Source: an uncultured Rhodothermaceae bacterium
Lineage (GTDB): Bacteria > Bacteroidota > Rhodothermia > Rhodothermales > Salinibacteraceae
DNA length: 64,000 nt
Direction: 5' to 3'
Assembly (NCBI GenBank): GCA_913056335.1
Contig: CAJXLX010000002.1
Location: 6,526-70,525 of the forward strand
Positions 1-9,518 of this stretch are shown here, piece after piece. The notes beneath the pieces are model-generated. The model saw only the letters and a list, made by a program, of their open reading frames with translations, made no database searches and had not been told where the DNA came from. Both the position numbers and the translations under genes were made by a program. Within the stretch, counting starts at the first letter, position 1, and every line of letters starts with the position of its first letter.

Positions 1-21
1 ACAGATAATGCTGCCGATGCC

Positions 22-528
22 ATGACCGACGACGAGTTCGACCGCATCAAAAACGCCGAGAAGCAGCGCCTGCGGGCCCGGCGTACCCTGCGCCGGTTAC
101 AGCAGGCCCTACGTGAGCAGAAAGAGGCCGGGCGCGGCACCGTAGCGCGCATGACGGAGCGCATCCAGGCGCTGTTTAACGACCACCGCTCGGCCCTCGA
201 CGCATTGCAATGGGACACCGCCCGCCTTGAGGCACGCCTCGACGCGCTGCGCGACACACTAACCGGCGCCTCCGCCTCACCTTCAGATACTGACGTCCGT
301 AGCAACGACCCGCGCGGCAGCGATGAGCCCGGCGACGCCAGTCTCTCTGACGACGAAGCCACGCTGCGCATGCACCGCGCCGAGCGCCTGGTCGACGACC
401 TGCGTACGCAGCTTGACACCGATGCTCCAACCGATGCGGGCTCTTCCTCTGCCCACGACTCATCCGAGAGCGTTCCGCCCGACGATGGGCTCCCCGAGAA
501 AACCATTGGCCGTGTGCCTCGCTCTTGA
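22..528 (+). CDS. Hypothetical coiled-coil protein, possibly related to the C-terminal half of PspA/IM30
   Basis: 168-aa ORF with ATG start; helical charged N-terminus, acidic linker, terminal PEKTIGR. The PspA link is a recollection-level resemblance only. Confidence 0.6.
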   Translation: MTDDEFDRIKNAEKQRLRARRTLRRLQQALREQKEAGRGTVARMTERIQALFNDHRSALDALQWDTARLEARLDALRDTLTGASASPSDTDVRSNDPRGSDEPGDASLSDDEATLRMHRAERLVDDLRTQLDTDAPTDAGSSSAHDSSESVPPDDGLPEKTIGRVPRS

Positions 529-543
529 TTGTACCCTCCTACT

Positions 544-1455
544 ATGGATGAACCCAACTACACGCAAGCTGCCTTCCTGCACCCGTGGAACCTCATCTTT
601 CTTACGGTGGGGCTCAGCGTAGCTGTTGGGCTGGGCATTGCCACGGGACTGCCGGTCTGGCTGCTCATTGGGTTTGTGCTGGCCTCGGAGCTTGTGGTGC
701 TGGGCACGGTGCCGCGGAACGAGCGGTTTCAGCGCGTGGTGCGCGCCGACCACCGGGCCGAACGCCTAAAGCCCCCGACGAAAGAAGAGAAGTACAAAGC
801 CCTCACGCGGCGTCAGCAGCGGCGCTACGCTCGGCTGCGCACGCTCTGCACCGAAATCGAATCGAACTATGCCAGCCTGAACAGCGCCTCGCAGCAGCTG
901 GTACAGCGCACGATTCGCAAGCTCGATAATATTCTTGACTCATATCTCGATCTCTTGCATCAGCGCAACCGACACCGCGAAGCGATCGACAGCGCCACCG
1001 AAAACAGCATCCAGAAGTCGATTTCCTCACTCGAAGACCGCCTCGACGACATGTCGGATCGGGTGCGCACCGTCAAGGAGCGCCGCCTGAAAGTGCTGAA
1101 GCGGCGGCTGGCACGCTTCGAGAAGGCGCACGAAAACTTGGATGTCATCGAGGCGCAATTGCAGACGGTCGAAGACGTGGCGAAGTACATCCACGAGCAG
1201 TCGTACACGCTGCAAAACCCCGACGAGATTACGCATCAGCTCGACGCGCTCTTCCAAGAGGTCGAAGAAGCGCAGGAGCATGTCCGCGAGATCGAAAACG
1301 TGTTCAGTGATCCCGATTCGTACCTCGACGACATGGATGAGATGGACGACATGGACTGGCTCGACGAGGACGAAGAGCCGCTCTCAGCCCCGGAGCCTCG
1401 CTCCTCAGAATCAGATAAATCAGGCCCGGCCCGCTCGTCGCGCACGCAGGCGTGA
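544..1455 (+). CDS. Membrane-anchored coiled-coil protein (2 N-terminal TM helices)
   Basis: ORF track gives 529..1455; ATG at 544 preferred. Two hydrophobic segments (NLIFLTVGLSVAVGLG; VWLLIGFVLASELVVL), long heptad-like region, acidic tail; 15 bp from the previous gene. Confidence 0.75.
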   Translation: MDEPNYTQAAFLHPWNLIFLTVGLSVAVGLGIATGLPVWLLIGFVLASELVVLGTVPRNERFQRVVRADHRAERLKPPTKEEKYKALTRRQQRRYARLRTLCTEIESNYASLNSASQQLVQRTIRKLDNILDSYLDLLHQRNRHREAIDSATENSIQKSISSLEDRLDDMSDRVRTVKERRLKVLKRRLARFEKAHENLDVIEAQLQTVEDVAKYIHEQSYTLQNPDEITHQLDALFQEVEEAQEHVREIENVFSDPDSYLDDMDEMDDMDWLDEDEEPLSAPEPRSSESDKSGPARSSRTQA

Positions 1456-1526
1456 GTGCCTCGTTCTGGCACTATCATCGATGAAGCCCGCGACAGGCCG
1501 TATCAAGCTCCAAGGCGCAGCCTACG

Positions 1527-2102
1527 TCACCCCGGCACCTCACCCTGTCGCGCGTACGCCAGCATGAGTTTGGCATGCGCTACGATGGGAGCCTGAATGG
1601 GAAGCTCTTGCAGGCGCTCTTGCGGCGTGGTGGGCAGGCCCGGCGGGCTCACGCGGCCCATCCACAGCTCCAGTTTGTCGCCCAGTGCGCGCGGTCCCGG
1701 AAATTGCCCTTCAGGGAAGTGCGTTTCGTAGAAGCGCTGCTTCTTCGACAGACGTTCGCGCACGGCCTCGCCCGTGGCTGCCAGCTCCGGATCCTCCTGT
1801 TCAACCATGGTGCGGCCAATCAGGTAATCGCGGTACTGAAACGGAAGCTGCAAGAGCACCGCTTCCAGCGCTTTGGCCTGTTCGGGGTGGTCGCGCAGGC
1901 CCACCGCCATCGCGCGGGCCGTAACCGTAGCCAGCAGGCAAAGCGTCTCCTCGGCCACCAGATCGGGCTCGGTGCCCTCAATGGAGCCGATGTCGCTCAG
2001 GACCGTGTGGGTGGTGTCTTGCGTGCACGAGAGCGTCCCCAGTGCAGCAAATGTGCTTAGCTGGGCCACGCGGGTTCCCAAATCTACAGACGAATCAGAC
2101 AT
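1527..2102 (-). CDS. Hypothetical protein
   Basis: 191-aa ORF, ATG start, directly downstream of moaC on the same strand, protein-like composition. Confidence 0.7.
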   Translation of the reverse strand: MSDSSVDLGTRVAQLSTFAALGTLSCTQDTTHTVLSDIGSIEGTEPDLVAEETLCLLATVTARAMAVGLRDHPEQAKALEAVLLQLPFQYRDYLIGRTMVEQEDPELAATGEAVRERLSKKQRFYETHFPEGQFPGPRALGDKLELWMGRVSPPGLPTTPQERLQELPIQAPIVAHAKLMLAYARQGEVPG

Positions 2103-2153
2103 AAACAGACGGGTGCAACAGACAGATGCGGCCAGCGAGATACAGAGCGGGAG

Positions 2154-2642
2154 CTACTCATCAGACTTCCAGTTGCCGCTCTGGCCTCCGGTTTTAGCAA
2201 GCAAGTGCACATCGTTCACGCGGATCTCTTTCGTCACGGATTTGCACATGTCGTACACCGTAAGCGCAGCAATCGACACCGCCGTCATGGCCTCCATCTC
2301 CACGCCCGTCAGCCCGTTCGATTTTGTGAACGCCCGAATCTCGATCGCGTGGTGCTCCGCATCCAACGAAAACTCGACCTCCACTCCGTCGAGCTGCACA
2401 TCGCGGCAGAAGGGGAGCAGCTTGCTCGTTTGTTTCGACCCCATAATACCGGCAATCTGAGCCACGCTCAGCACATCGCCCTTGCGAATCGTACCATTTT
2501 GCACGCGTTCAAACGCCTCAGAGCCAATAACAACCGTACCCTTGGCAACAGCAGTGCGAACAGAATCAGGTTGATCCGAAACATCGGCCATACGAATACC
2601 ACCTTGTAAGTCAGCGCGTGTGAGTGGGGGCGAGTCGGTCAT
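2154..2642 (-). CDS. moaC: Cyclic pyranopterin monophosphate synthase MoaC (several conserved residues altered)
   Basis: Motifs KGDVLSVAQIAGIMGSKQTS, TGVEMEAMTAVSIAALTVYDMCKSV, KTGGQSG. Confidence 0.92.
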   Translation of the reverse strand: MTDSPPLTRADLQGGIRMADVSDQPDSVRTAVAKGTVVIGSEAFERVQNGTIRKGDVLSVAQIAGIMGSKQTSKLLPFCRDVQLDGVEVEFSLDAEHHAIEIRAFTKSNGLTGVEMEAMTAVSIAALTVYDMCKSVTKEIRVNDVHLLAKTGGQSGNWKSDE

Positions 2643-3004
2643 GGAAACAGGGTACCGGGAGGGCAGGTAGTGGAGCCAGTAGCCTAAAGCGACAGGCTAC
2701 ACAGTAAATCATACGGCACACGATACGGTGAACCGAGCCCATGTGTTTTGGGGGGATGCAACAGCTTCGAATAATTTCCGAGGCGATATCGCAGCCACAC
2801 GGGTCGGTGCACCATGCTACACGGTGTCTTACGAGGTCAAGGGGCGCGGTCTCACAAGCATCCCGATGCAGTGCGATAGGCGCGTACTGAAGTGGTACGA
2901 CCCCGCTGCAGCGAACTCCATCTTCTGGAACTGCATCTTCTGGGAGCCGGTTTACGCGCACTCCATCGCTCCACACGCTCTCCTCGGTAGCCTGCCCCGC
3001 GTCT

Positions 3005-5131
3005 GTGACGTTCCTCAACCCGCTGCTCCTCGTGGCTCTGGCCGCCGTTGGCGTTCCGCTGATGCTGCACCTGCTCAACGTGCGCCAGCCCACGCAGGTC
3101 GACTTTAGCTCGCTGGCCTTCGTGAAGACGATCGAGAAGGCCGCCGTGCAGAAGATCAAGGTAAAGCGCTGGCTGCTCCTGGCGCTGCGGATGCTGGCGG
3201 TGGCGCTCCTCGTGATGGCGTTTGCGCGTCCACACTGGGGAGATGGCACCGGCACGCTCTTCGGCCCCGATGCGCGCTCGGCGCTCGGGATCGTGGTCGA
3301 CAACAGTCCCTCCATGCAGCAAGACGGTCCCAGCGGACCGTACCTCGACCAGGCCGTGCAGCGTGCGCAGGGCGTGCTGCAGACGTTGCGTCCGGGCGAC
3401 CAGGCCGGCATCTGGCCTACCGTACCCGGCCCCGACTCGCCTGAAGCGCTGGTGCGCACCCGCGAGGCGGCCCGCACCGATCTCGATGCCGTAGCGCACC
3501 GTGGCGGCACCCCGCCGCTGGCCGCTCGCGCCCTCGATGCCGCACAGGCCGTAGCCGGGTCGGGCCAGCCCCGCAAGGTGGTGTACATGGCATCGGACTT
3601 CCAGCGCACGCGCCTGGGCGATTCGCTGCGTACTGCTTGGCCCGACGAGGTGGCGCTGGCGCTGCTTCCGGTAGATACCCAGTCGCGCTCCAACACCGGC
3701 ATCACCAGCGTGCGCGTAGCCAGTCCCATTGTGGAGGCGGGACAGCCTGCGCGCATCGAAGCCACCATCGCTCAGACGGGGCCGCCGCCTGAAGAGGTCG
3801 TTGCCTCGCTCTATTTCAACGATGAGCGCGTCGCACAAACCACCGTATCGCCTTCCCCCAATGAGCCCACGGAGGCCTCTTTTACCGCAACGCCTGCCTC
3901 GCGCGGCTGGGTGGATGCACGCGTCGAGTTGGAGGGCGATGCCTTTGCCCCCGACGACGTGCGCCACGTCACGTTCTTCGTGCCAGACACGCGCGAGGTG
4001 CTCGTGGTACGCGGCCCCAGCCAGTCCACACGCTTCGTAGAATTGGCGCTGTCGCAAGAGGTCACGGGCGAGGCCGTAACGTTTAACACCACGGTGGTCG
4101 AGCGCGCCGCGCTGGCGCAGACCAAACTGAGCGCATACGACGCGGTGCTGCTCGTGGGCCCCGAGCGGATTGCCTCGGGTGAGCGTACGCGCCTCCGACA
4201 GTATGTGCAAAACGGCGGCGGGGTGCTCCTCTTTCCGCATCCAACCGCCGACACCGACAGCTACACCGCACTGTTTGAAGCATGGGGCGGCGGACAGGTG
4301 CAGGGCATAAGCGGTGCCCCCGGTGCAGATGCGTCAGTAGCTACGTTGGAACGGGCCGCGTTCGACCATCCGCTGTTCGACAGCATGTTCGATGCCCGCG
4401 GCCAAGCCAGCGAACCGTCGCTGGAGCGCCCCGCGATCTGGGCTGCCCTCGACTGGCGGCCTCGCGGGGGCGGCCAAACGCTTATCGAACTCTCTACGGG
4501 GGCGCCGTTTCTGTACGAATGGCCCCTCGGACAGGGCCGCGCGCTGGCCGCAGCGGTAGCACCGACCCTCGATTGGAGCGAACTGCCCACGCGGGGCCTG
4601 TTTGTGCCCCTGCTGTATCGATCCATCTTCTACGCAACCGCGGGCGAATCGGTCGAGGGGCCGTCTGTGGCGACAGGGCAGCCCAGCACGCGCACCGTGC
4701 AGGGCCTGGCGCCCGACGCCGATCTTGTGCTGCAGGGGCCCGACGCTGCCGCCCCGTTTCGTATTGAAGCCGCACCGCGCCCGGGCGGGGCAAGCATCAC
4801 CGTACCTGCGCTGTCGGCACCCGGGGTGTACACGCTGCAAGCAAGCGGAGCGCCGGTACTGCACATGGCTGCCAATCATAACGCATCGCTGACGCAGCTA
4901 ACGCCCGCTGCAGCGGATGAGGCGGTGGCACACTACGAGTCGATCGGCATTCCCCGTGTGCACGCCCTGTCGGTTGAGGCGCGTCCCGGTGCCGTGGCGC
5001 AGGCGCTCGAACAGCAGCAAGCAGGGGGCGCGCTCTGGAACGTCTTTTTGATGCTGGCGTTGGCTTGCTTGATTGCTGAAATGGTCGTTGCTCGGCTCTG
5101 GACGCCTGAATCAGCCACGCCACCAGCGTGA
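3005..5131 (+). CDS. BatA/N-terminal double-TM domain, vWA-containing membrane protein
   Basis: MTFLNP...P(L)MLHLL...FSSL...LLLALRMLAV..LVMAFARP signature; MIDAS-like VVDNSPSM; C-terminal TM LWNVFLMLALACLIAEM. Confidence 0.88.
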   Translation: MTFLNPLLLVALAAVGVPLMLHLLNVRQPTQVDFSSLAFVKTIEKAAVQKIKVKRWLLLALRMLAVALLVMAFARPHWGDGTGTLFGPDARSALGIVVDNSPSMQQDGPSGPYLDQAVQRAQGVLQTLRPGDQAGIWPTVPGPDSPEALVRTREAARTDLDAVAHRGGTPPLAARALDAAQAVAGSGQPRKVVYMASDFQRTRLGDSLRTAWPDEVALALLPVDTQSRSNTGITSVRVASPIVEAGQPARIEATIAQTGPPPEEVVASLYFNDERVAQTTVSPSPNEPTEASFTATPASRGWVDARVELEGDAFAPDDVRHVTFFVPDTREVLVVRGPSQSTRFVELALSQEVTGEAVTFNTTVVERAALAQTKLSAYDAVLLVGPERIASGERTRLRQYVQNGGGVLLFPHPTADTDSYTALFEAWGGGQVQGISGAPGADASVATLERAAFDHPLFDSMFDARGQASEPSLERPAIWAALDWRPRGGGQTLIELSTGAPFLYEWPLGQGRALAAAVAPTLDWSELPTRGLFVPLLYRSIFYATAGESVEGPSVATGQPSTRTVQGLAPDADLVLQGPDAAAPFRIEAAPRPGGASITVPALSAPGVYTLQASGAPVLHMAANHNASLTQLTPAAADEAVAHYESIGIPRVHALSVEARPGAVAQALEQQQAGGALWNVFLMLALACLIAEMVVARLWTPESATPPA

Positions 5132-5200
5132 AACGCAGCGTCGCAATGGAGGTCTGTGCAGACAGGCCCCACCCTCCCCGCCTGATACCTGTTTGCTTCT

Positions 5201-5767
5201 GTGTTCGCCACTGCGCATCATATTGGTATCGTCGTCACCACGCTGCTCATGATTGGAGCCGCCGCCGTTGCCGTGGTGGCGCGCCTGCGCATCCGCCGCC
5301 CGCTGTTGGCAGTACGTACAGGTCCCCTGGGGGGCCTACCGCTGACTCCACTTCTCTTTCTGGGAGTTGTCGCCATGGGGCTAACAGCAGCGTGGGCCAC
5401 ATCGAATGCCGTACATCTAATCTCTGTACTGGGCTACCCTACAATTGGAGGGCTCTGGTTTGTAACTCTGTGGAGCATACAGCCTACAGTCGTTACCGAG
5501 TATGGCCTTGTGCCCGACGTGCAACGCATGGAACGTGCTGTGCCGTGGGGGCGCATTGTGGATTACAGCGTATCGCGCGGCACCGACGATAGCGCACACT
5601 TCATTTTCTTCTACCGAAACAGTGCCAAGGCATCCCCGGCTCGGATGGACGTGCATGTACCGGCCACACAGCACGACGCGTTGATGCACATCGTAGAACG
5701 CAAACTGGACGCACGTTTTGCTGTAGCCGTACAGAAGGCCTACCGTACCCATTCCTCTGCGGAATGA
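5201..5767 (+). CDS. Hypothetical membrane protein (3 TM plus soluble PH-like C-terminus)
   Basis: 188-aa ORF with hydrophobic helices followed by VTEYGL...VPWGRIVDY; start uncertain. Confidence 0.7.
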   Translation: MFATAHHIGIVVTTLLMIGAAAVAVVARLRIRRPLLAVRTGPLGGLPLTPLLFLGVVAMGLTAAWATSNAVHLISVLGYPTIGGLWFVTLWSIQPTVVTEYGLVPDVQRMERAVPWGRIVDYSVSRGTDDSAHFIFFYRNSAKASPARMDVHVPATQHDALMHIVERKLDARFAVAVQKAYRTHSSAE

Positions 5768-5940
5768 ACGCCCTGCGCAACGCGTGAGGCGGTCCATCGA
5801 GTACTGGTTTTTTCAGTGATAAGGGAGCCGTGCAACAGCATGTGCAACACCCCCTTCGTCCATTCGTAAAACCTCTATACACCGAGTACCACAGGCCGGG
5901 CCTGTGTTCACATGCTTCGTACTAACGCCCTGTTGCCCCT

Positions 5941-7308
5941 TTGATTGCAACGTCTCCCGATACCACCGAAACCGCCATCATCGTGGGCGTCATCACGCCC
6001 GATACCTCCCGCTGGGCGGTGCGCGACAACCTCAACGAACTGGAGCAGCTCGCTCGTACCGCCGGTGCCCACGTCGTAGAGCGCGTCACACAGTCGCGCA
6101 CACGCATCGATCCAGCCACGTTTATTGGATCCGGCAAGGTGAACGAAGTCAAGCGGCTGGTCAAACAGCACAACGCCGACCTGGTGATCTTCGATGACGA
6201 CCTGGCTCCGGTGCAGGTACGTAACATCGAGCGCAAAATGGATGCGAAGCTGCTCGACCGGTCGGGGCTCATCCTCGATATCTTTGCGGGACGGGCCCAG
6301 ACGGCCGCTGCAAAGACGCAGGTCGAACTGGCGCAGTTGCAGTACTTGCGCACGCGTCTTACGCGGCGATGGACGCACCTCTCTCGGCAGAAAGGCGGCA
6401 TTGGCACAAAGGGGCCGGGCGAAACGCAGATCGAAACCGACCGCCGCCTCATCGACAAGCGCATTGCCACGCTGCGCGAGAAGCTCGAAAAGATTGACCA
6501 GCAGCGTACCACACAGCGCAAAGCACGGCACGGCTACACCCAGGTGTCGCTCGTAGGCTACACCAACGCGGGTAAGTCGACCCTCATGAACGCGATGGCC
6601 GACGAATCCGTCTTGGCGGAGGATCAGCTCTTTGCCACGCTCGACGCCACCACGCGCAACATCACACTCGACGGCACCGAAGAGGTGCTGCTGTCGGATA
6701 CGGTCGGCTTCATCCGCAAGCTGCCACACCGGCTCATCGAAAGCTTTAAGAGCACACTCGATGAGGTGCGTACCAGCGACCTGCTGCTGCACGTCATTGA
6801 TGTAACGCATCCGCGCTTCGAAGATCATATGCGTGTGGTCGACGAAACACTCGACGAGCTCGATGCACAGGATATCCCACGACTGCTGGTCTTCAACAAA
6901 GTTGATGCGCTCGACGATACGCACCTGCTGCGTGCCTTGCGCCGCGACTATCCGGATGCCGAGTTCGTGTCGGCGTTGCGGGGCATTGGTGTCGAATCGC
7001 TCAAAGAAGAACTGCTTGCCTGCATCCGGGCTGATTACGTGGAGCGCACCGCTGTGCTTCCCGTAACCGAGCCCGCTCTCATTGCGCAGATCCACCGCGA
7101 CGCTGATGTGCTCACCGAAGAGTACACCTACACCGATGAGAAAGACGGCGCTGCCCCGCAAGCGATAGCGCGCATCCAGTACCGGTCGTCCCAGAAGTAC
7201 GATCAGCGCCTGGCCGAGCGTATTGAAGCGCTTGACTTTGGCCACACTGAGCGTGAAGAGTCGGATTCAGAGCCGGTTGCGGCCCGTGCAGATGGAATAC
7301 CCTCATAG
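5941..7308 (+). CDS. hflX: Ribosome rescue GTPase HflX
   Basis: ELEQLARTAG, GPGETQIETDRR, G1 GYTNAGKST, G2 LFATLD, G3 DTVGFI, G4 NKVD. Confidence 0.97.
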   Translation: MIATSPDTTETAIIVGVITPDTSRWAVRDNLNELEQLARTAGAHVVERVTQSRTRIDPATFIGSGKVNEVKRLVKQHNADLVIFDDDLAPVQVRNIERKMDAKLLDRSGLILDIFAGRAQTAAAKTQVELAQLQYLRTRLTRRWTHLSRQKGGIGTKGPGETQIETDRRLIDKRIATLREKLEKIDQQRTTQRKARHGYTQVSLVGYTNAGKSTLMNAMADESVLAEDQLFATLDATTRNITLDGTEEVLLSDTVGFIRKLPHRLIESFKSTLDEVRTSDLLLHVIDVTHPRFEDHMRVVDETLDELDAQDIPRLLVFNKVDALDDTHLLRALRRDYPDAEFVSALRGIGVESLKEELLACIRADYVERTAVLPVTEPALIAQIHRDADVLTEEYTYTDEKDGAAPQAIARIQYRSSQKYDQRLAERIEALDFGHTEREESDSEPVAARADGIPS

Positions 7309-7449
7309 CACCGCCGCCTCACGCCGGACCCGGCGCACATGTGCCGAGCCTGCAATATGATGTAGGAGACGGCACAACGGCACAGGCTTTGCGGTACATA
7401 CATATCCACTGTCCGCTCACAGACCCGCCGGTTCGTCCGAGCGAGCGTT

Positions 7450-8112
7450 ATGAAAGTTCGCGACGCTATCCATACCGATACGCCCGCTCTGCATACCACC
7501 GATACGGTGGGCGAAGCGTTAGGGGCGCTGATGGAGCATCATGTGCGCCATCTCCCGGTTATCGATGCTGACGAACAGCTGATCGGCATCATGTCGGAAG
7601 AAGCGCTGATGACAGCCGACACGCACGAGGCGACGATTGATGCGCTGGTGGCGCGTCAGCCCATCGCGGTGTATCCATCCGATCACGTGTTCGACGCGGC
7701 CCGCACCATGGTGCGCCACGGGCTAAGCACCGTGCCTGTCGTTGATAGCGAGCGGCAGTACATAGGGCTCATCCGCCGCCACGACATTTTCGACACCTTT
7801 GCCCAGATGTTGTCCACGCAGGCGCCTGGTGCCATTTTGGCGCTCGAAGTGGACCCGCGCGACTATGCACTTGCCAAGCTGGTGCATCTCATTGAGCAGA
7901 ACGATGCCAAAGTGCTGGCCGTAGCCTCCGAAACCCCGTCGCAGACCAACGCAAGTAAGCTGCGTGTCACCTTGAAGCTGAACGTGGTAGATACCACACG
8001 CCTACGCCACGTGTTAGAGCATAACGGCTACGATGTCGTGGCTTCGTTTGGCGATGAGGATGACGAGCTGCTCGATCGGATCGAAGCGTTCATGCACTAC
8101 CTCGAAGTGTAA
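7450..8112 (+). CDS. CBS-domain pair protein with ACT-like C-terminus (AcuB-like)
   Basis: Two CBS repeats (HHVRHLPVID..LIGIMS; HGLSTVPVVD..YIGLI), then DYALAKLVHLIEQNDAKVL. Confidence 0.88.
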   Translation: MKVRDAIHTDTPALHTTDTVGEALGALMEHHVRHLPVIDADEQLIGIMSEEALMTADTHEATIDALVARQPIAVYPSDHVFDAARTMVRHGLSTVPVVDSERQYIGLIRRHDIFDTFAQMLSTQAPGAILALEVDPRDYALAKLVHLIEQNDAKVLAVASETPSQTNASKLRVTLKLNVVDTTRLRHVLEHNGYDVVASFGDEDDELLDRIEAFMHYLEV

Positions 8113-8321
8113 AAAGTGCGGACACCGAATCCGCTCCCCTTTGAACTGTCCATTGCGGCACGTACGCCAAGGCCCGAACGCTTGCCCACCGTTCGTGCGT
8201 AGTTTGGCGTCCGTGCCGCGTCTATGTCTGCCTACACCACAGGGCGCTACGTGTAGCATCCGCTACAGCACGGCCCCCGTCCGGTTCTCGTTGCTCTTCA
8301 TCCAACAAGCCCCGCCTGCCT

Positions 8322-8825
8322 GTGTCCGACGCCACGCCCTCGCCTGCTGCCGTTCTTGAATCGCTCACGCTGCTGGCCACGCTCTCCACCGCGTCTGATG
8401 TGCGGCATGCCGTTGCCGAGCGCCGTTCGGGGCGCGATCCCAGCGCGCAAGAACCGGTGGCACGGGCCCAGACGCGCATTCGGGAGGCGAGTACGCCGCT
8501 CACCAACACCGCCCTGTACCTGCTTCGTAGCACCGTGCCCGCGGCATCCGACGAGGTCCCCATGGCCGCGGTGGTGCGCCACTTTGACGAGCGCATGCTG
8601 GTGTATCGTATGGGACAGTGGGCCCACGACATCCACCAGGCGCTTCTGAGCCTATACCCGCGTGTCTCCGAAGCACTGGTCGAAGAGGCCCGCGCCGTGT
8701 CGAATCTGGCCGAGGCCCTGGCCGAAGCCCCCGCCGATGTGTTTGGTGAGGAACTGCACACGGTCGCGCAGCAAGCGCTCAGCCTATCGGCCTGGGCAAG
8801 CCGCGAGATTGATGATGTGTTGTAG
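8322..8825 (+). CDS. Hypothetical helical protein
   Basis: 167-aa ORF with GTG start, host-like codon usage, convergent with the next gene. Confidence 0.65.
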   Translation: MSDATPSPAAVLESLTLLATLSTASDVRHAVAERRSGRDPSAQEPVARAQTRIREASTPLTNTALYLLRSTVPAASDEVPMAAVVRHFDERMLVYRMGQWAHDIHQALLSLYPRVSEALVEEARAVSNLAEALAEAPADVFGEELHTVAQQALSLSAWASREIDDVL

Positions 8826-8858
8826 AAGGCGGCATGGGGATGCATACGGCGCATGCCC

Positions 8859-9458
8859 TCAACGTAGCACACAGACCACGATTTCGTTTTGGTCTTGCGC
8901 CTGCTGATAAAACGAGCGAATCGTCTGTAAGAAGCGCGGCGCAATCGTTTCTAACAACCGTCTGCGGTCGAACCCCTCTCGTTCTTCAGTACGCACCTGT
9001 TGCTGGTTGATGCACTGCTTCACATTGGCCTGAAGATCTGCCACAGTCAGCTTTGCTAACGTGGTGCAGATCGCTTCTATATCTGACGGCATGTTGTAGC
9101 GTAGCGGAAACTCGCCTGCACCTGCCATTACAGGGACGTAAGTGTGCCATCCCACACGGCGGGCCCCGCGTGTAGCCCATACGCAGGGATTGCCGGATGT
9201 GTGAGTTCCATGCCACTCCCACAGACTGTCTTCTACAAATGCTTTGCAGGTAGGTCCGACCAGCATCGCCAAGTCGGCATTGTTGCGAGCAGAGACGAAA
9301 CTAATCGTACGTGGCGGAGGCTCCGACGGAGGAGCGTAGTAGTACTGCACCGGTTCATAGAATGCAGGCCGATCAATATCCTGCACGCGCTTGCGCAGAG
9401 AGAGCAAGTCAACAGCCACTTCTGCATTATATCGGTACACATCGTATAAGCGGCCCAT
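8859..9458 (-). CDS. DUF1877/YfbM-like protein; candidate immunity protein
   Basis: ATG at 9458 (MGRLYDVYRY); PLRYNMPSDIEAICTTLAKLT and FLQTIRSFYQQAQDQNEIVVC resemble the DUF1877 C-terminal pattern; AT-richer than the flanks. Confidence 0.65.
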   Translation of the reverse strand: MGRLYDVYRYNAEVAVDLLSLRKRVQDIDRPAFYEPVQYYYAPPSEPPPRTISFVSARNNADLAMLVGPTCKAFVEDSLWEWHGTHTSGNPCVWATRGARRVGWHTYVPVMAGAGEFPLRYNMPSDIEAICTTLAKLTVADLQANVKQCINQQQVRTEEREGFDRRRLLETIAPRFLQTIRSFYQQAQDQNEIVVCVLR

Positions 9459-9518
9459 CCCATGAGAGATTTGAGAAAAAAGACACTCGTACACCCCATG
9501 AAAGTAGAAATGTCACAC

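Noticed and set aside
2643-3004. Possible Moco riboswitch upstream of moaC (hairpin gtagcct...aggctac at ~2679-2700)
   Set aside because: Only one short hairpin; I could not map the multi-stem Moco RNA consensus.
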